From: Leucoraja ocellata
Taxonomy: Eukaryota
Direction: 5' to 3'
Length of the DNA stretch: 64,000 nucleotides
NCBI GenBank assembly: GCA_036785375.1
Contig: JAWMAR010000206.1
Location: 4,154,001-4,218,000, forward strand
Shown: in pieces, positions 63,160 to 64,000 of the stretch
Layout: every line of letters begins with the position of its first letter
Numbering within the stretch: the first letter of the stretch is position 1
The notes under the pieces: generated by a model
What the model was told of the DNA's origin: nothing
Seen by the model: the letters and a program-made list of their open reading frames with translations, nothing else
Database searches by the model: none
Position numbers and translations under genes: made by a program

Positions 63160-64000
63160 ATTAATAATAATAATAATAATAAATTTTATTTGCGGGCGCC
63201 TTTCAAAGTCTCAAGGACAACTTACAGAAAATAACAAGAGAGAAAAAACATATAGTCGGAGTAAAATAAATAATAAGGACATCACCAATACACAAATTAA
63301 AGACAGAATTTGCTCCAAGGACAAAAAATCAAAAACACAATGTGAAGAGAGAGCAGCGGCAGCTAAAGCGTGCCAGCGTCCACTCTCCCTTCCGACAGCC
63401 ATCTTGGACACAAACTAACATATTCACATTACACACAAAAAATCATCCCCCCACAATGGTTACCACTGTGGGGGAAGGCACAATGTCCAGTCCCCATCCC
63501 CAGTTTTCCCAAAGTCAGGCCTATTGAGGCCTCCGCTATTGCCTCTACGGATGCCCGATGTTCCTGGCCGTTCTGGCCGGGTGCTGTTGCCTCGGCGTCG
63601 GGAGAGTCCTTTCAGCGGCTGGGCCACCTGGAACGGCCGCTTCCTAACTGGGGACCGCGGCTTCCGAAGCCGACAAGGCCACGCCGGATTGGAGATCCCA
63701 GGCTCCCGATGTTGAAGCCGGCGCCGCACGCTCCGCTCCGCAGACCCGCAGCCCGGAGGCGTTGATCTCGGTGGTCACAGCTCACCGGAGCTCCAGCACA
63801 TCGATCCAGCACGGCGGCCCGGGCAAGGCATCGCCCGCTCCGCTCCACGATAGCGCTCCAGCGTTGTGCCGCCACCGAAGCTGAGGCGCAGGGTGGTCCC
63901 CGCCAGGAAACGACACTCCACGCCCGCTGGTAGGCCACAAGGATGGGTCGACGGGGCAGCCCGTAGAAAAAGCTGCCTCACCGACCAGGTAGGGACCTGG
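63160..64000 (-). mobile_element. CpG-rich retroposon, running off the window
   Basis: Reverse complement homologous to 49590-50170; (tta)n tail. Confidence 0.8.

Overview
Eukaryotic (vertebrate) DNA made up mostly of transposable elements. The repeat complement (HE1/V-SINE-like tRNA SINEs with CR1 tails, CR1, Rex1/Babar, L1, Penelope, DIRS, PIF/Harbinger MITEs) suggests a cartilaginous fish such as a skate or ray (inference). I could not support any host protein-coding exon: all long ORFs derive from retroelements, so the window is intergenic or intronic, with two assembly gaps. Main observation: two different DIRS-type (tyrosine recombinase) retrotransposons, at <1-2821 (+) and 47610-55974 (-), sit at the same nucleotide of the same SINE family in the same relative orientation, suggesting SINE-targeted integration. 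The window also shows deeply nested insertions, Penelope-derived minimal hammerhead motifs, an L1 with an internal inversion, and a modular CpG-rich retroposon, one copy of which begins with a canonical CTCF motif. Boundaries were read by eye and are approximate unless stated as exact.
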